A stretch of 64,000 nucleotides of DNA from Ignavibacteria bacterium (GTDB lineage Bacteria; Bacteroidota; Ignavibacteria; UBA10030; UBA6906), in the NCBI GenBank assembly GCA_040290295.1, contig PSMW01000017.1, forward strand, positions 6,840 to 70,839, given 5' to 3'. A program made the translations under genes and the position numbers. The stretch's first letter is position 1, and each line of letters begins with the position of its first letter. Below are positions 44,706 through 55,454 of this stretch, piece by piece. The notes under the pieces were generated by a model. That model was not told where the DNA came from, did no database searches, and saw only the letters and a program-made list of their open reading frames with translations.

Positions 44706-45008
44706 TCACGGAGATGTTGATTCTTGCAAACACGTATCAAGGTACGCATTCAGCTTCGCGATTTCACTTTCCAGAGCAGATGCCATCGCTTTCGATCGTT
44801 CACGTTCCTTGAACAGATCTTCCGTGATATTAAGCGCAGACAGTACAGCGACGGTCAGGGTAGGCTGTTCGGGTATTTTGTTGTGAATGGTCGTGATCAT
44901 TTCATCCACGTATGCTGCGACACGGCGAGTGAAATCTTCACTCTCCCCGCGCAACGGATATTCGGAACCGAAAATTTTGACTCGAATGCTTTTTCGTTCT
45001 GGCGTCAT
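44706..45008 (-). CDS. zapA: cell division protein ZapA
   Basis: IRVKIFGSEYPLRGESE...AAYVDEMI...LTVAVLSALNITEDL is ZapA-like. ATG 45008 preceded by GAGGA. Confidence 0.8.
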   Translation of the reverse strand: MTPERKSIRVKIFGSEYPLRGESEDFTRRVAAYVDEMITTIHNKIPEQPTLTVAVLSALNITEDLFKERERSKAMASALESEIAKLNAYLDTCLQESTSP

Positions 45009-45078
45009 CGTATCGATCCTCTGTACCCGAACCGTTTGAGGCAAACCGTCTCACGTTGCTGCCGTATCGAGGTCCGCT

Positions 45079-45378
45079 TCACAAGTATGCGTCGATCTTT
45101 GCAAGCAGTTCCTTGACCTTGGCAGCCAACTGCTCGCGCTCCCCGTTGGAAACAATCGCCGATGTACTCATGTCCTGTGCATGGGCGCTCGCGCGTTGCA
45201 GTTGTTGTTCCTTCACGGCAAGCTCGTTGCGGAGCTTTGCCACTTCTTGCTGCAGCAGTGCGACCTGACTATGCAGCGCCTGTTTCTCTTCACGTAACTG
45301 AGCGATGATCTCGCCCGTTCGGCGCACCTTCTCCCAAAGAACTTTGAGAGATTCTTCAATGTGAGCAAACTGCTCCAC
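45079..45378 (-). CDS. coiled-coil protein, ZapB-like
   Basis: 99-aa heptad-rich protein immediately upstream of zapA. GTG start. Confidence 0.5.
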   Translation of the reverse strand: MEQFAHIEESLKVLWEKVRRTGEIIAQLREEKQALHSQVALLQQEVAKLRNELAVKEQQLQRASAHAQDMSTSAIVSNGEREQLAAKVKELLAKIDAYL

Positions 45379-45411
45379 GCAAGAGCCTGTACTTTGTGGA
45401 CGTAGGACTCG

Positions 45412-47823
45412 TTAGTTCGTTCGCAGTTCCGCGCCAAATCGGTCGCGCACGCGCTGCACCACTCGTTTCACCTCAGCATCGATCTCTTCGTCGGTCAGCG
45501 TCCGTTCCTTCGACATCAACACCAGCGTGTACGCCAAGCTCTGCTTGTCTGCCGGAAGGTTCGGACCGCGATAGACGTCGAACAGTTCCACTTCCTGCAG
45601 AAGCTCGCTGCTCAATTCCATCATCGCGTTCTGAATGCTCTCGGCGGTTACCCCGGTATCGACAACGAATGCAACGTCACGACGCACCTTCGGAAAGCGT
45701 GGAAGAGGTTCGTAGCGTTTGTGCTTCTTGGAAAGCAGCGACGCAAGGTTCAACTCCGCAACAAACACATCCTGCTCGATCCCGAAGCGATCCCGTACTT
45801 CCCGCTTCACACGACCGAGAAACCCAGCGGTCGTGCCATTGATTTCAACGAAGATAGGATTATCAGCTAAAGTTTCGCTGGTAGAATAATAAATATACCG
45901 CCAACTGTCAAGCCTGCAGACATCGAGCAAGTCCGCAACAACCCCTTTTATGTGATACACATCCACGTCGTGCGATGGATACTTCCAATGCCGAGGTTCA
46001 GCCTTGCCGGTGAGGACAAGGCACACATGCTGTTCTTCCTGGATCGTACCGACAAGCTGCGGCGTGGCCGCTTGGGCAAACACGTGCCCAATCTCGAACA
46101 ATCGCAAATCGGTGTTCCCGAACCTTTGGTTGCGAGCCACCGCTTCGAGCAAACCCGGCAACAGCGAGCTACGCATTGCCGCCATCTCCTTCCCCAAAGG
46201 ATTGGCAAGGCGCACCGGATTCTTGCCGCCAAGCATAGCAGTTTCCTCATCCACCAAGGAAATAGAGAGAGCCTCATGCAACCCGAATCCCACCAAAATT
46301 TCTCGAATCCGATCGGCAGCACTCTCCTTCTGAAAGGGATGATTGAGATCGATCGCCGCAACTGTTTTGGTCTCGATCTTATCGTACCCATAGACGCGTG
46401 CCACCTCTTCGATAAGGTCGATCTCTCGTTCGATGTCCACACGAAATGTCGGGACGCGAAACCACACCCGTTTGCCGTCGGAGCGCGTCTTGCTGATCTC
46501 TAAAGGAGAAAGAAGTCTGACAATGTCGCTCCGCGACAATGTCGTTCCCAAAACGTGGTTGCACCGGTCGGCGCGCAGCGAGAGCGTTCGCGGTAAAATC
46601 TTTTTGGGGTAGATGTCGATCTTTCCTCGCAACACTTCTCCCCCTGCAATCTCGGCAATCAGTTGTGCTGCACGGTCGAGAGCGTAATCGGTGGCATTCG
46701 GATCAGCTCCCCGCTCGAACCGATACGACGCATCCGACTGTATGCCGAGCGCTTTTGCCGTGCGGCGGATGCTGCTGGGGTTCCAGTACGCGCTTTCCAA
46801 CACGACGTCGGTCGTTGCATCGGAGATTTCAGAGTTCTCGCCGCCCATAATGCCTGCGATGGAAACCTCCCGTTCAGCATCGCACACCATCACGGCTCCT
46901 TCAGGCAGAACTCGTTCCTTCCCATCCAATGTCACGAAGCGCGTTCCTGCTGCGGCCTGACGTACGATAATGTGGGAACCTCGCAGGTGTGCATAATCGA
47001 ACGCATGCATGGGCTGGCCACACTCCAGCATAACGAAGTTCGTCACGTCCACAACATTGTTACGGGGCCTCAAGCCCACAGCTCGGAGCGTGTCCTGCAA
47101 CCACTTCGGCGAAGGCGCAATCGTTACCCCACGAATCATGCGCACGGCGAAGCGTGGACAGTTCACCGTATCTTTGACCGTGAGGGAGAAATATTTCTTG
47201 ATCGGCACTGAGGATTCACGGAGTCGCACGCGTGGCAGCGCGGGTTTTCCGCCCGTGAGGATAGCAATTTCGCGCGCAATACCGAAATGACTCAAGAGGT
47301 CGGGACGGTTCGGCGTAATCCCGATCTCGTACACGACATCATCCAACCCCAGATAGCTCGCCAGCGGCTGACCGGGTCGTGCTTTCGGTTCGAGAACCAG
47401 AATGCCATCCTTATCGGTCCCAACGTCCAACTCATACTCTGAGCAAATCATGCCGAACGACTGGACACCACGCAGTTCCATCTGCGATAATGTGAAGGGC
47501 TTGCCCTGCACATCATGTTGGTTGCGAGGGACAACCGCGCCAACCAAACCCACGGCAACTTTCTGCCCCGCGGCAACGTTGGGCGCACCGCACACAATCT
47601 GCAAGCGTTCTTTGCCGATATCGACCGAGCAGACGGTCAGTTTGTCGGCGTTCGGGTGTTTCTGCACCTCGAGCACTTTCCCAACGACGAAGTTTCTGTA
47701 CTTCTCGCCGAGCCGTTCATAGCTCTCCACTTCCAGTCCCAACATCGTGAGACGCTCACTCAACTCTTCGGGTGTGAGCTGAAAGGAAATGTACCGTTGA
47801 AGCCATCTGTGAGAAAGTTTCAT
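45412..47823 (-). CDS. pheT: phenylalanine--tRNA ligase beta subunit
   Basis: MKLSHRWLQRYISFQLTPEELSERLTMLGLEVE N-terminus, with tRNA-binding, B3/4, B5 and anticodon-binding-like C-terminal regions. ATG 47823 lies 4 nt after the pheS stop. Confidence 0.9.
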   Translation of the reverse strand: MKLSHRWLQRYISFQLTPEELSERLTMLGLEVESYERLGEKYRNFVVGKVLEVQKHPNADKLTVCSVDIGKERLQIVCGAPNVAAGQKVAVGLVGAVVPRNQHDVQGKPFTLSQMELRGVQSFGMICSEYELDVGTDKDGILVLEPKARPGQPLASYLGLDDVVYEIGITPNRPDLLSHFGIAREIAILTGGKPALPRVRLRESSVPIKKYFSLTVKDTVNCPRFAVRMIRGVTIAPSPKWLQDTLRAVGLRPRNNVVDVTNFVMLECGQPMHAFDYAHLRGSHIIVRQAAAGTRFVTLDGKERVLPEGAVMVCDAEREVSIAGIMGGENSEISDATTDVVLESAYWNPSSIRRTAKALGIQSDASYRFERGADPNATDYALDRAAQLIAEIAGGEVLRGKIDIYPKKILPRTLSLRADRCNHVLGTTLSRSDIVRLLSPLEISKTRSDGKRVWFRVPTFRVDIEREIDLIEEVARVYGYDKIETKTVAAIDLNHPFQKESAADRIREILVGFGLHEALSISLVDEETAMLGGKNPVRLANPLGKEMAAMRSSLLPGLLEAVARNQRFGNTDLRLFEIGHVFAQAATPQLVGTIQEEQHVCLVLTGKAEPRHWKYPSHDVDVYHIKGVVADLLDVCRLDSWRYIYYSTSETLADNPIFVEINGTTAGFLGRVKREVRDRFGIEQDVFVAELNLASLLSKKHKRYEPLPRFPKVRRDVAFVVDTGVTAESIQNAMMELSSELLQEVELFDVYRGPNLPADKQSLAYTLVLMSKERTLTDEEIDAEVKRVVQRVRDRFGAELRTN

Positions 47824-47827
47824 CGTC

Positions 47828-48838
47828 TCATGAGAACTGCTTGAGGAATCGTACGTCGTTTTCGTAAAAGAGTCGAATATCGTCAACGCCGTACAACAGC
47901 GCGGCGGTTCGCTCGATGCCCATACCGAATGCGTACCCTGTGTATTTCTCCGCGTCGTAGCCGACCGAGCGGAAAACATTCGGATCGACCATTCCACATC
48001 CCAAGATCTCCAACCATCCCGATTGCTTGCAAAGACGACATCCTTTGCCGTTGCAGAGGAAACACGTGATGTCCATCTCGGCGCTCGGTTCTGTAAACGG
48101 AAAGAAGCTCGGCCGGAAACGATACGTGATATTCGAACCATAGAACTGACGAGCAAACGAAACCAAGGTTCCTTTCAATTCGCTGAACGTTATGCCAACA
48201 TCGACAGCGAGTCCTTCCACTTGATAGAAGTTGCACAAGCTGCGAGCGGTCACCGCTTCTTTCCGAAACACCCGTCCCGGCATGATACTGCGAATCGGAG
48301 GCTGGTGTGTTTCCATAACACGAATTTGGACGGGAGAAGTATGCGTACGCAGAACGATATCGTGAGAAACAAAGAACGTATCCTGCATATCGCGCGCTGG
48401 ATGATCAGGAGGAAAATTCAGCGCACTGAAATTGTGCCAGTCATCTTCGATCTCTGGACCATCGGCGATACCGAATCCCATGCCGACGAAGATCGCTTTG
48501 ATCTCGTCCAACGTTTGCATGATGGGATGGTTCGATCCGCGAAAGAGTCTTCGTCCCGGCAGCGTCAGGTCGAGGTCCTCCGATGGGGCTGGCCTGGCTT
48601 GGAGCGTAGCACGTTTTTCGTCGAACACACGCTGGGCGTATTGACGAAGCTCGTTCAAATGCTTGCCGATCGACGGCTTCTCGTGCGGCGGTACGTTTCG
48701 GAGTTCGTCGAAGAGCGAGGCAATGCGACCCTTCCGGGCAAGATATTTTACTCTGAACGCCTCGAGGTGTTGTTCTGTCGAAATCGAAGAAATGTCCGCT
48801 TCCAGTTCCTCACGAAGCTTGGCTATGTGTTCGAGCAT
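47828..48838 (-). CDS. pheS: phenylalanine--tRNA ligase alpha subunit
   Basis: Class II aaRS motifs (HPARDMQDTF, FRxE-type VFRKEAV, GFAFGMGIERT). ATG 48838 preferred over TTG 48853. Confidence 0.9.
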   Translation of the reverse strand: MLEHIAKLREELEADISSISTEQHLEAFRVKYLARKGRIASLFDELRNVPPHEKPSIGKHLNELRQYAQRVFDEKRATLQARPAPSEDLDLTLPGRRLFRGSNHPIMQTLDEIKAIFVGMGFGIADGPEIEDDWHNFSALNFPPDHPARDMQDTFFVSHDIVLRTHTSPVQIRVMETHQPPIRSIMPGRVFRKEAVTARSLCNFYQVEGLAVDVGITFSELKGTLVSFARQFYGSNITYRFRPSFFPFTEPSAEMDITCFLCNGKGCRLCKQSGWLEILGCGMVDPNVFRSVGYDAEKYTGYAFGMGIERTAALLYGVDDIRLFYENDVRFLKQFS

Positions 48839-48862
48839 GGCGGGTAGGGACAATACGAAAAT

Positions 48863-48900
48863 CTTCCTGTGGGGCAGCGTTCGCTGCCCCCGACAGGAAG
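48863..48900 (-). terminator. strong hairpin between rplT and pheS (terminator/attenuator)
   Basis: Minus strand: CUUCCUGU-cg-GGGGCAGCG-aa-CGCUGCCCC-ACAGGAAG (17 bp), then AUUUUCGUAUU. Confidence 0.7.
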
Positions 48901-48914
48901 AGATGTGAATGAAC

Positions 48915-49262
48915 TTACGCTGTCGCGAACTTTACGACCTCAGCAAATGCGTCGGGGTTGCTCACCGCAAGGTCGGCGAGCAGCTTGCGGTTGATATCGA
49001 CCTTCTTCTTGTTCAAGCCGTTGATCAACCGTGAGTAGGTTGTTCCGTTCAGTCGGGCTGCCGCGTTGATACGCGTGATCCACAACTGCCGGAACGTGCG
49101 TTTCTTGGTTTTCCGATCGCGGTAGGCGTATTGCATCGCCTTTTCCACATGGTGTTTGGCGACCGTGTACACTTTGCTTCTCGCACCCCAGTAGCCCTTC
49201 GCTTGCTTCATGACGCGCTTGCGACGGCGGTGGGAGGCAACTGTATTCTGCGAACGTGGCAT
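48915..49262 (-). CDS. rplT: 50S ribosomal protein L20
   Basis: [36 protein letters not shown]...; start at ATG 49262. Confidence 0.95.
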   Translation of the reverse strand: MPRSQNTVASHRRRKRVMKQAKGYWGARSKVYTVAKHHVEKAMQYAYRDRKTKKRTFRQLWITRINAAARLNGTTYSRLINGLNKKKVDINRKLLADLAVSNPDAFAEVVKFATA

Positions 49263-49344
49263 AGTTGCTCTTGTCCTTTGTGAGATGATGAAATGGTCTC
49301 GTTGACGCTGAGACGTTGATAGTACGGTGTAGCCTATAAAATCG

Positions 49345-49539
49345 TTATGTGGCAAGCATTTCGCGCACCGCCTTGACGTCCGGCTTGGCAACCAATGCCG
49401 GGAGGCGAAGCTTGCGTTTGCGTTTTCGTGACTTCGACGTCAGGATGTGGCTCCGATATGCTTTCGCCCGCTTGATCTTCCCTGTTCCCGTAATCTTGAA
49501 GCGCTTCCTTGCTGCGCTTCGGGTTTTGGTTTTCGGCAT
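49345..49539 (-). CDS. rpmI: 50S ribosomal protein L35
   Basis: [24 protein letters not shown]... Confidence 0.95.
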   Translation of the reverse strand: MPKTKTRSAARKRFKITGTGKIKRAKAYRSHILTSKSRKRKRKLRLPALVAKPDVKAVREMLAT

Positions 49540-49541
49540 TT

Positions 49542-50102
49542 CTACGCTTCCTTGGTTATTTGCTTGTCTGATTTCTGCTCGACCTTCTTTTTCCGTTCCG
49601 GGGCAAAGATCACGATCATGCTTCTGCCTTCCATGTGCGCGGGTTGATCGATCTTTGCAATATCACTCAGTTGTTCAGCCAACCGCTCTAGCAACTCTCT
49701 CCCGTGATCCTGATAGGTAATTTCTCTCCCCTTGAAGACGACGGTGGCTTTGACCTTGTGTCCCTCCATCAGAAAATTTCTCGCGTGGCGCATCTTGAAG
49801 TTGAAATCGTGCGTGTCGGTGTTAGGATGGAAACGCAACTCCTTCAACTGCGTCACATGCTGGTGCTTCTTTTGGATTTTATCCTTCTTGGCAATTTCGT
49901 ATTTGTACTTGCCGAAATTGATCACCTTGCACACGGGGGGATTGGCGTTCGGAACAATTTCCACAAGGTCGGCATCGCGTTCCTTCGCCAATTCGATGGC
50001 TTCGCGCGGCGTCATCACGCCAAGCTGCGCTCCACGTTCGTCGATCACTCGTACTTGCGGTGAGCGGATCTCTTCGTTGACGCGAACTCGTTCTTTGCTA
50101 AT
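49542..50102 (-). CDS. infC: translation initiation factor IF-3 (AUU start)
   Basis: The track ORF starts internally (GTG 50048). The frame stays open upstream and reads [24 protein letters not shown] from ATT at 50102, 7 nt after GGAGG. Confidence 0.85.
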   Translation of the reverse strand: MSKERVRVNEEIRSPQVRVIDERGAQLGVMTPREAIELAKERDADLVEIVPNANPPVCKVINFGKYKYEIAKKDKIQKKHQHVTQLKELRFHPNTDTHDFNFKMRHARNFLMEGHKVKATVVFKGREITYQDHGRELLERLAEQLSDIAKIDQPAHMEGRSMIVIFAPERKKKVEQKSDKQITKEA

Positions 50103-50163
50103 AGTATAGCCTCCTTCGTTGTGATGTGGGGGAGATGCGCGAAGCGTTCACGACGTATGCTCC

Positions 50164-52164
50164 TTACGTTGTCACTGCTTGGATGTTGATATGCGTCAGT
50201 GCCCGCAACTCGTCCAAATGATCTTCACCGCTGATCCATTTCTCGGCGATTTCCTTTTTCAAAAACGCCAAGAAGGCGTCCTTCGGTATCCTGCCAAGAC
50301 CCCCCTTCTTGTGTCGTCGCACCGCTACCGTTCTGCTTTGTCGTTCTTTCTCCCCCACCACCAACATGTAGGGAACTTTCTTTGTCTCCCACTCTCGAAT
50401 CTTGTAATTCACTTTTTCGTTGCGATCGTCGAGTTCCAACCGAACACCTCCCGCAGCATACTCAGCCCGGAGTTGCCGCGCATACTCCAACTGGGCATCG
50501 GTGATCGGGAGGATCGCTACCTGAACAGGGGCAAGCCAGAGAGGAAACTCGCCGGCAAAGTGCTCGATGAGAACGCCGATGAAGCGTTCCAGCGACCCAA
50601 ACGGGGCACGGTGGATGATCACGGGCCGATGCTTCTGCCCATCGCTGCCGATGTACTCGAGCTGGAAACGTTCAGGCATGACATAATCGACCTGTACGGT
50701 TCCCAATTGCCAAGTGCGGCGGAGTGCGTCCAGCACCATAAAGTCGATCTTCGGACCGTAGAACGCCGCCTCGCCGATGCCAATATAGTAATTTAGGTTC
50801 TTTACGTCAGCCACCTCTTTGATTTCGCGTTCCGAGCGTTCCCACATAGCATCCTCGCCGCCATATTTTTCTTTGTTCTTCGGGTCGCGGAAGGACAAGC
50901 GGGTTTTGAAATCCTTGAATCCCAGCGTGTTGAACACAAGTTGTATCAAGTCGATCACCTCGCACAGCTCGTCCCTCAATTGGTCGGGGCGAACGTACAT
51001 GTGAGAATCATCCACGGTAAACGAACGCACGCGCGTCAAGCCAGTCAACTCACCCGATTGCTCGTACCGATAGACGGTACCGAACTCCGCCAAACGAATC
51101 GGCAGATCCCGGTAACTGCGCGGCTTCGCCAAATAAATTTGATGGTGATGCGGGCAGTTCATCGGCTTCAACAGGTACTCTTCATCCTCGACTTTGATCG
51201 GCGCAAATTGGCTATCCTTGTAGTACGGATAATGACCACTGGTTTTGTAGAGTTGGAGATTGCCGATATGCGGTGTCACGACGGGTAAGTACCAGCGCTT
51301 GCGTTGCTCCTCGCGCAGGAAGTTTTCCAACTCTTCACGGATGATTGTTCCTTTCGGAAGCCAGATGGGGAGTCCGCCGCCTACTTTCGGCGTGATCATG
51401 AACAGCTCCAACTCCTGCCCCAGCTTCCGATGGTCGCGGCGTTTGGCTTCTTCGAGGCGGTAGAGATATTCGTCGAGTTCTTTCTGCGTCGGGAAGGTGA
51501 TGCCGTAGATGCGTTGCAGCATCTTATTCTTTTCGTTGCCACGCCAATACGCGCCGGCAACACTGAGAAGTTTTATGGCGTTGATGCGACCGGTCGATGG
51601 GATGTGAGGACCAAAACACAGATCAGTAAAGTTCCCTTGATGGTAGAAGGTGATGGTTTCTCCTTTCAGTCCTTCAAGAAGTTCGAGCTTGTATGGGTCA
51701 CCCTTTTTCTTGAAGTACGCGACTGCGTCCTCCCATGAAACAACTTCACGCTTGTAGGGTACATCACGCTGAGCAAGCTCGCGCATCTTCTTTTCGATCT
51801 CGCTGAGATCGACAGCGGTAATCGAATGGTCGCCCATGTCGATATCGTAGTAGAAGCCATGTTCGATCGGAGGACCGATGCCAAACTTGGTCCCCGGAAA
51901 AAGTGTCTCGATTGCTTCAGCCATGAGATGGGCGGAGCTGTGCCAATAGGTGCGTTTGGCTTCCTCATCATCCCACGTGTGAATCTTGATCGACGCGTCC
52001 GTCTCGATTGGTCGAAACAAATCCCACACTTCCCCATTCACGGAGATTGCCAAAGCAGCCCGCGCCAACCGAGGACTGATGTCCTCGGCGATCTGTTGTC
52101 CCGTGATGCCGCTCGGATACATCCGAACGGAACCATCGGGAAGTGTGATGCGAATCTGCGCCAT
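50164..52164 (-). CDS. thrS: threonine--tRNA ligase
   Basis: TGS domain (MAQIRITLPDGS...), editing domain (HSSAHLMAEA) and class II core (..RVRSFTVDDSHMYV..) with anticodon-binding domain. Confidence 0.95.
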   Translation of the reverse strand: MAQIRITLPDGSVRMYPSGITGQQIAEDISPRLARAALAISVNGEVWDLFRPIETDASIKIHTWDDEEAKRTYWHSSAHLMAEAIETLFPGTKFGIGPPIEHGFYYDIDMGDHSITAVDLSEIEKKMRELAQRDVPYKREVVSWEDAVAYFKKKGDPYKLELLEGLKGETITFYHQGNFTDLCFGPHIPSTGRINAIKLLSVAGAYWRGNEKNKMLQRIYGITFPTQKELDEYLYRLEEAKRRDHRKLGQELELFMITPKVGGGLPIWLPKGTIIREELENFLREEQRKRWYLPVVTPHIGNLQLYKTSGHYPYYKDSQFAPIKVEDEEYLLKPMNCPHHHQIYLAKPRSYRDLPIRLAEFGTVYRYEQSGELTGLTRVRSFTVDDSHMYVRPDQLRDELCEVIDLIQLVFNTLGFKDFKTRLSFRDPKNKEKYGGEDAMWERSEREIKEVADVKNLNYYIGIGEAAFYGPKIDFMVLDALRRTWQLGTVQVDYVMPERFQLEYIGSDGQKHRPVIIHRAPFGSLERFIGVLIEHFAGEFPLWLAPVQVAILPITDAQLEYARQLRAEYAAGGVRLELDDRNEKVNYKIREWETKKVPYMLVVGEKERQSRTVAVRRHKKGGLGRIPKDAFLAFLKKEIAEKWISGEDHLDELRALTHINIQAVTT

Positions 52165-52228
52165 AGGTGTTCTACTGAAAACAAAAAATCGCCCGACCTT
52201 TCACGTGGGGCGGGACGATTCGATTGTG

Positions 52229-52302
<74 letters not shown>

Positions 52303-52380
52303 CTGAAGCTTCTTGCCATACCCTACCGTGTGAATTGTTCGGCTGCTAAGGTATGGGCTGCTGCGCAGCACTACGCACTG

Positions 52381-52466
52381 TGCCGAGGATGGGACTTGAA
52401 CCCATACGGACCCGAAAGTCCACAGGATTTTAAGTCCTGTGCGTCTACCAATTCCGCCACCCCGGC
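52381..52466 (-). tRNA. tRNA-Leu (TAA)
   Basis: GCCGGGGTGGCGGAATTGGTAGACGCACAGGACTTAAAATCCTG + long variable arm + GGGTTCAAGTCCCATCCTCGGCA. Anticodon loop CTTAAAA. Confidence 0.9.
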
Positions 52467-52518
52467 GAAGAGTAATACCTGCAACCCAAACAGCGCTTTT
52501 GCCCGACCTCAACAGTTC

Positions 52519-52593
52519 TGGAGGCGCCGGGCGGATTCGAACCGCCGCATAAAGGTTTTGCAGACCTCTCCCTTACCACTTGGGTACGGCGCC
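52519..52593 (-). tRNA. tRNA-Cys (GCA), CCA encoded
   Basis: GGCGCCGTACCCAAGTGGTAAGGGAGAGGTCTGCAAAACCTTTATGCGGCGGTTCGAATCCGCCCGGCGCCTCCA. Anticodon loop CTGCAAA. Confidence 0.9.
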
Positions 52594-52602
52594 ATAATTG
52601 CC

Positions 52603-52646
52603 GACAAACAAAACCCCGCCACCTGGAGGGACTTGGGGCGGCGGGG
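52603..52646 (-). terminator. hairpin + T-run between tRNA-Gly and tRNA-Cys
   Basis: Minus strand: CCCCGCC...GGCGGGG stem followed by TTTTGTTTGTC. Confidence 0.5.
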
Positions 52647-52725
52647 CCACTTTAAAGAGGAAGTGTGTTAATCAGACAATCAGCGCGATTACCGATTGTC
52701 GAGGTGTCCCACCGAAGTGGGACAG

Positions 52726-52798
<73 letters not shown>

Positions 52799-53485
52799 AT
52801 TGGCGCTACCAATATAACAAACATCCTCTTCGGGTGCAAGAGCGTTTCTGCTTATCAAAGACCAATGCAACGTGAAAAAATATACAGTGCATGTTCCTGA
52901 AAGTCAAGAACCAAATAGGTTTCTAACAAGCAAGGACTGAAAGGTGTGGATTGTTTCAACAACAGACAACGCCACGGTACGCCGAGAACGCTTCCGCTGA
53001 AAAATCATCCGGTTTCATCACCGAGATGGAGAATTCCGTACAGGTGTACGTCATGGTCATCGCTTTTTCGTCAAGGCAAACGGTTTGTTGTCCTGTTCAC
53101 AAGCTCTGGCTCAACTGCAAGCATCGATTAATCCGACGAAAGACAAGAAGCATTACGAAAGTGCTACAGGAACCTTGAGAAATGGGAAGGGGCAGTACTT
53201 TTTTGCGGGACGCACAAACCAACTCAACAATTTTCTACGACGAGGATTCCTCGCGTTTGAAATTACACGAGCGATCCTGACCGGAGCAATGACCCAGAGC
53301 GTCGTATTGACTCTTTCGATGTCAGGAACAACTTCTGCGGCATATCACCTCTCACTTCATCGCGTAACGCCCACTGGGGAGACGCAACGTCGGTAGCAAG
53401 CGCGAACAAAGGTTGCGTGCAGGTTGGTTCGTGGCAACGTGCACGCTCGTTGTGATGAAATAAGTCCCTTCGGCAAGAAAACGAG

Positions 53486-53518
53486 AAGCTCTCCGCTCCA
53501 ACGACGAGCGGAGAGCTT
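53486..53518 (-). terminator. perfect 13-bp hairpin downstream of greA
   Basis: AAGCTCTCCGCTC-caacgac-GAGCGGAGAGCTT, 20 nt after the greA stop. On the minus strand it is followed by a U-containing tract (CTCGTTTTCTT). Confidence 0.65.
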
Positions 53519-53538
53519 GTGTCCGACACGCTGAGACG

Positions 53539-54012
53539 TTATCTGTTAATGTCGAGAATCTGATAGGTAAGCAATCCGACGGGGACTTTGATCTCGACGA
53601 CCTCTCCCTTCTTCTTCCCCAAGAGTGCCTTGCCGATCGGAGAAGTGACCGAGATCTTATGAGCTTCGAAGTCTGCTTCTTCGGGAGAGACCAAAAGGTA
53701 TTCGAATGTATTGTGCGTTTTCAAGTCCTTGAGCTTTACCCTGCTCAAGATATACACCTTGTCGTTCGGCAGGTCCTTTGCTTCGATCAGCTTCGCCTTC
53801 GCAAGGGTCATCTCCAGCTTCTGAATGCGAAGCTCGAGATGTTGTTGTTCCTCTTTCGCAGCGTCGTACTCGGCGTTCTCCGATAAATCGCCATGCCCAC
53901 GCGCCTCGGCAATGACCTGAGCGATACGTTTTCGCCCATTGGTCTTCAGCTCGTGCAGTTCCTGCTCCAGCGCTACCAAGCGCTCACGAGTGAGGTAAAC
54001 TGTATCGGACAT
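53539..54012 (-). CDS. greA: transcription elongation factor GreA
   Basis: ..LTRERLVALEQELHELK...GDLSENAEYDAAKEEQ...VSPEEAD...ISVTSPIGKALLGKKKGEVV... Start ATG 54012 (GGAG 6 nt upstream). Confidence 0.9.
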   Translation of the reverse strand: MSDTVYLTRERLVALEQELHELKTNGRKRIAQVIAEARGHGDLSENAEYDAAKEEQQHLELRIQKLEMTLAKAKLIEAKDLPNDKVYILSRVKLKDLKTHNTFEYLLVSPEEADFEAHKISVTSPIGKALLGKKKGEVVEIKVPVGLLTYQILDINR

Positions 54013-54198
54013 GCACATCTCCAACGGTTTGTTTGGGACAAAAGAAATAGCCATCATCCGCATGTGCGAATGGTGGCTAACCACCTTCTCGGCTGTTATT
54101 AGGTACTGAATCCGCCCGACAAAATCAAGTCGGTGAACGCCTCTCCCACTGTGGGAGCCTCTCCCCTGTTTGCGTCGGGCTGTGAAAGGATTATCGGA

Positions 54199-55443
54199 TT
54201 ATTTCGCCTTCAACTTTTGGTCGACGAGAATGAGATGACCAAGCTTGTCGCGTTTGGTTTTCAGATATTTCTCGTTGACTTCATTCGGTCCCATCTCCAG
54301 CGGCACACGCTCCACAATTTCCAGTCCGTACCCGTGAAGTCCGACGACCTTCTTCGGATTGTTGGTCAGTAGACGAATCTTCGTCACACCCAGATCGCGC
54401 AAAATCTGCGCGCCGATACCGTAATCGCGAAGGTCGGCGCGAAAGCCTAACTTCTCGTTTGCTTCCACGGTGTCCAGTCCATCGTCCTGAAGCTTGTACG
54501 CTTTCAGTTTGTTGTACAGACCGATTCCGCGACCTTCTTGCCGCATGTACAACACCACCCCTGTTCCTTCCTTCTCAACCATATGCAAAGCCGAAATCAA
54601 TTGCTCGTTGCAATCGCAGCGAAGAGAGCCAAAGAGATCGCCGGTGAGGCACTCCGAGTGAACGCGGACCAACGTCGGATGATCGGGTCGGATGACCCCT
54701 TTGGTCAGGGCGATATGTTCCTTGTTGTCGGGCTCGCTGCGATAGAGGTGAATATGGAACGATCCGTACTTTGTCGGCAGCGTTGTTTCAACTAATTTTT
54801 GGACGAGCTTCTCTTTTGTCATGCGGTATGCGATCAAGTCCCGAACGGTAATGATCTTGAGATGAAACTGTTCGGCAATCTTCATCAGTTCGGGGACGCG
54901 CGCCATCGAGCCGTCGTCCTTGAGAATCTCACACAGCACGCCCGCGGGATAAAGGCCACCCAACTTGCATAAATCGATCACCGCTTCGGTATGGCCTGCA
55001 CGACGGAGGACGCCGCCCTCCATAGCACGAAGAGGAAACACGTGCCCGGGACGCGCAAAATCGCTCGGCTTTGCCTTCGGATCGATCAGCGCTTTCACCG
55101 TCGCCGAACGATCGTGTGCTGAAACACCCGTTGTCGTACCGTGAATGTAATCCACCGAAACGGTGAACGACGTTTCGTGAAGCGACGTGTTGGTTTCGAC
55201 CATCAACTCTAATCCCAACTCTTTTGCTCGTTCAGCAACGATGGGTGCGCAGATGATGCCGCGTCCGTGCGTCGCCATGAAGTTGATGACGGAAGGCTCG
55301 GCAAATTCCGCTGCACAGACAAAATCGCCTTCGTTCTCCCGATCATCATCATCAACAACGATCACGATCTTTCCCTGTCGAATATCATGGATCGCTTCGT
55401 CGATCGTGTTGAAAGCGCTGCGTCGTGTCTGTGTGGACGACAT
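54199..55443 (-). CDS. ribBA: bifunctional 3,4-dihydroxy-2-butanone-4-phosphate synthase / GTP cyclohydrolase II
   Basis: RibB text [29 protein letters not shown], then RibA text [26 protein letters not shown]. Confidence 0.9.
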   Translation of the reverse strand: MSSTQTRRSAFNTIDEAIHDIRQGKIVIVVDDDDRENEGDFVCAAEFAEPSVINFMATHGRGIICAPIVAERAKELGLELMVETNTSLHETSFTVSVDYIHGTTTGVSAHDRSATVKALIDPKAKPSDFARPGHVFPLRAMEGGVLRRAGHTEAVIDLCKLGGLYPAGVLCEILKDDGSMARVPELMKIAEQFHLKIITVRDLIAYRMTKEKLVQKLVETTLPTKYGSFHIHLYRSEPDNKEHIALTKGVIRPDHPTLVRVHSECLTGDLFGSLRCDCNEQLISALHMVEKEGTGVVLYMRQEGRGIGLYNKLKAYKLQDDGLDTVEANEKLGFRADLRDYGIGAQILRDLGVTKIRLLTNNPKKVVGLHGYGLEIVERVPLEMGPNEVNEKYLKTKRDKLGHLILVDQKLKAK

Positions 55444-55454
55444 TGTGACCTCGA

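Noticed and set aside
52165-52228. Hairpin CGCCC...GGGCG plus a T-run (minus strand) between tRNA-Val and thrS as a terminator.
   Set aside because: The stem is only 5 bp with a 13-nt loop, which is too weak to call. It may still reduce read-through from the tRNA cluster.
53001-53396. Frame reading ..FFVKANGLLSCSQALAQLQAS..TLRNGKGQYFFAGRTNQLNNFLRRGFLAFEI..VVLTLSMS.. resembles the N-terminus of a secreted carbohydrate-binding/DNRLRE-type protein.
   Set aside because: No in-frame start codon precedes the signal-peptide-like stretch and the ORF stops after about 130 codons. At best it is a gene remnant, which is too weak to annotate.
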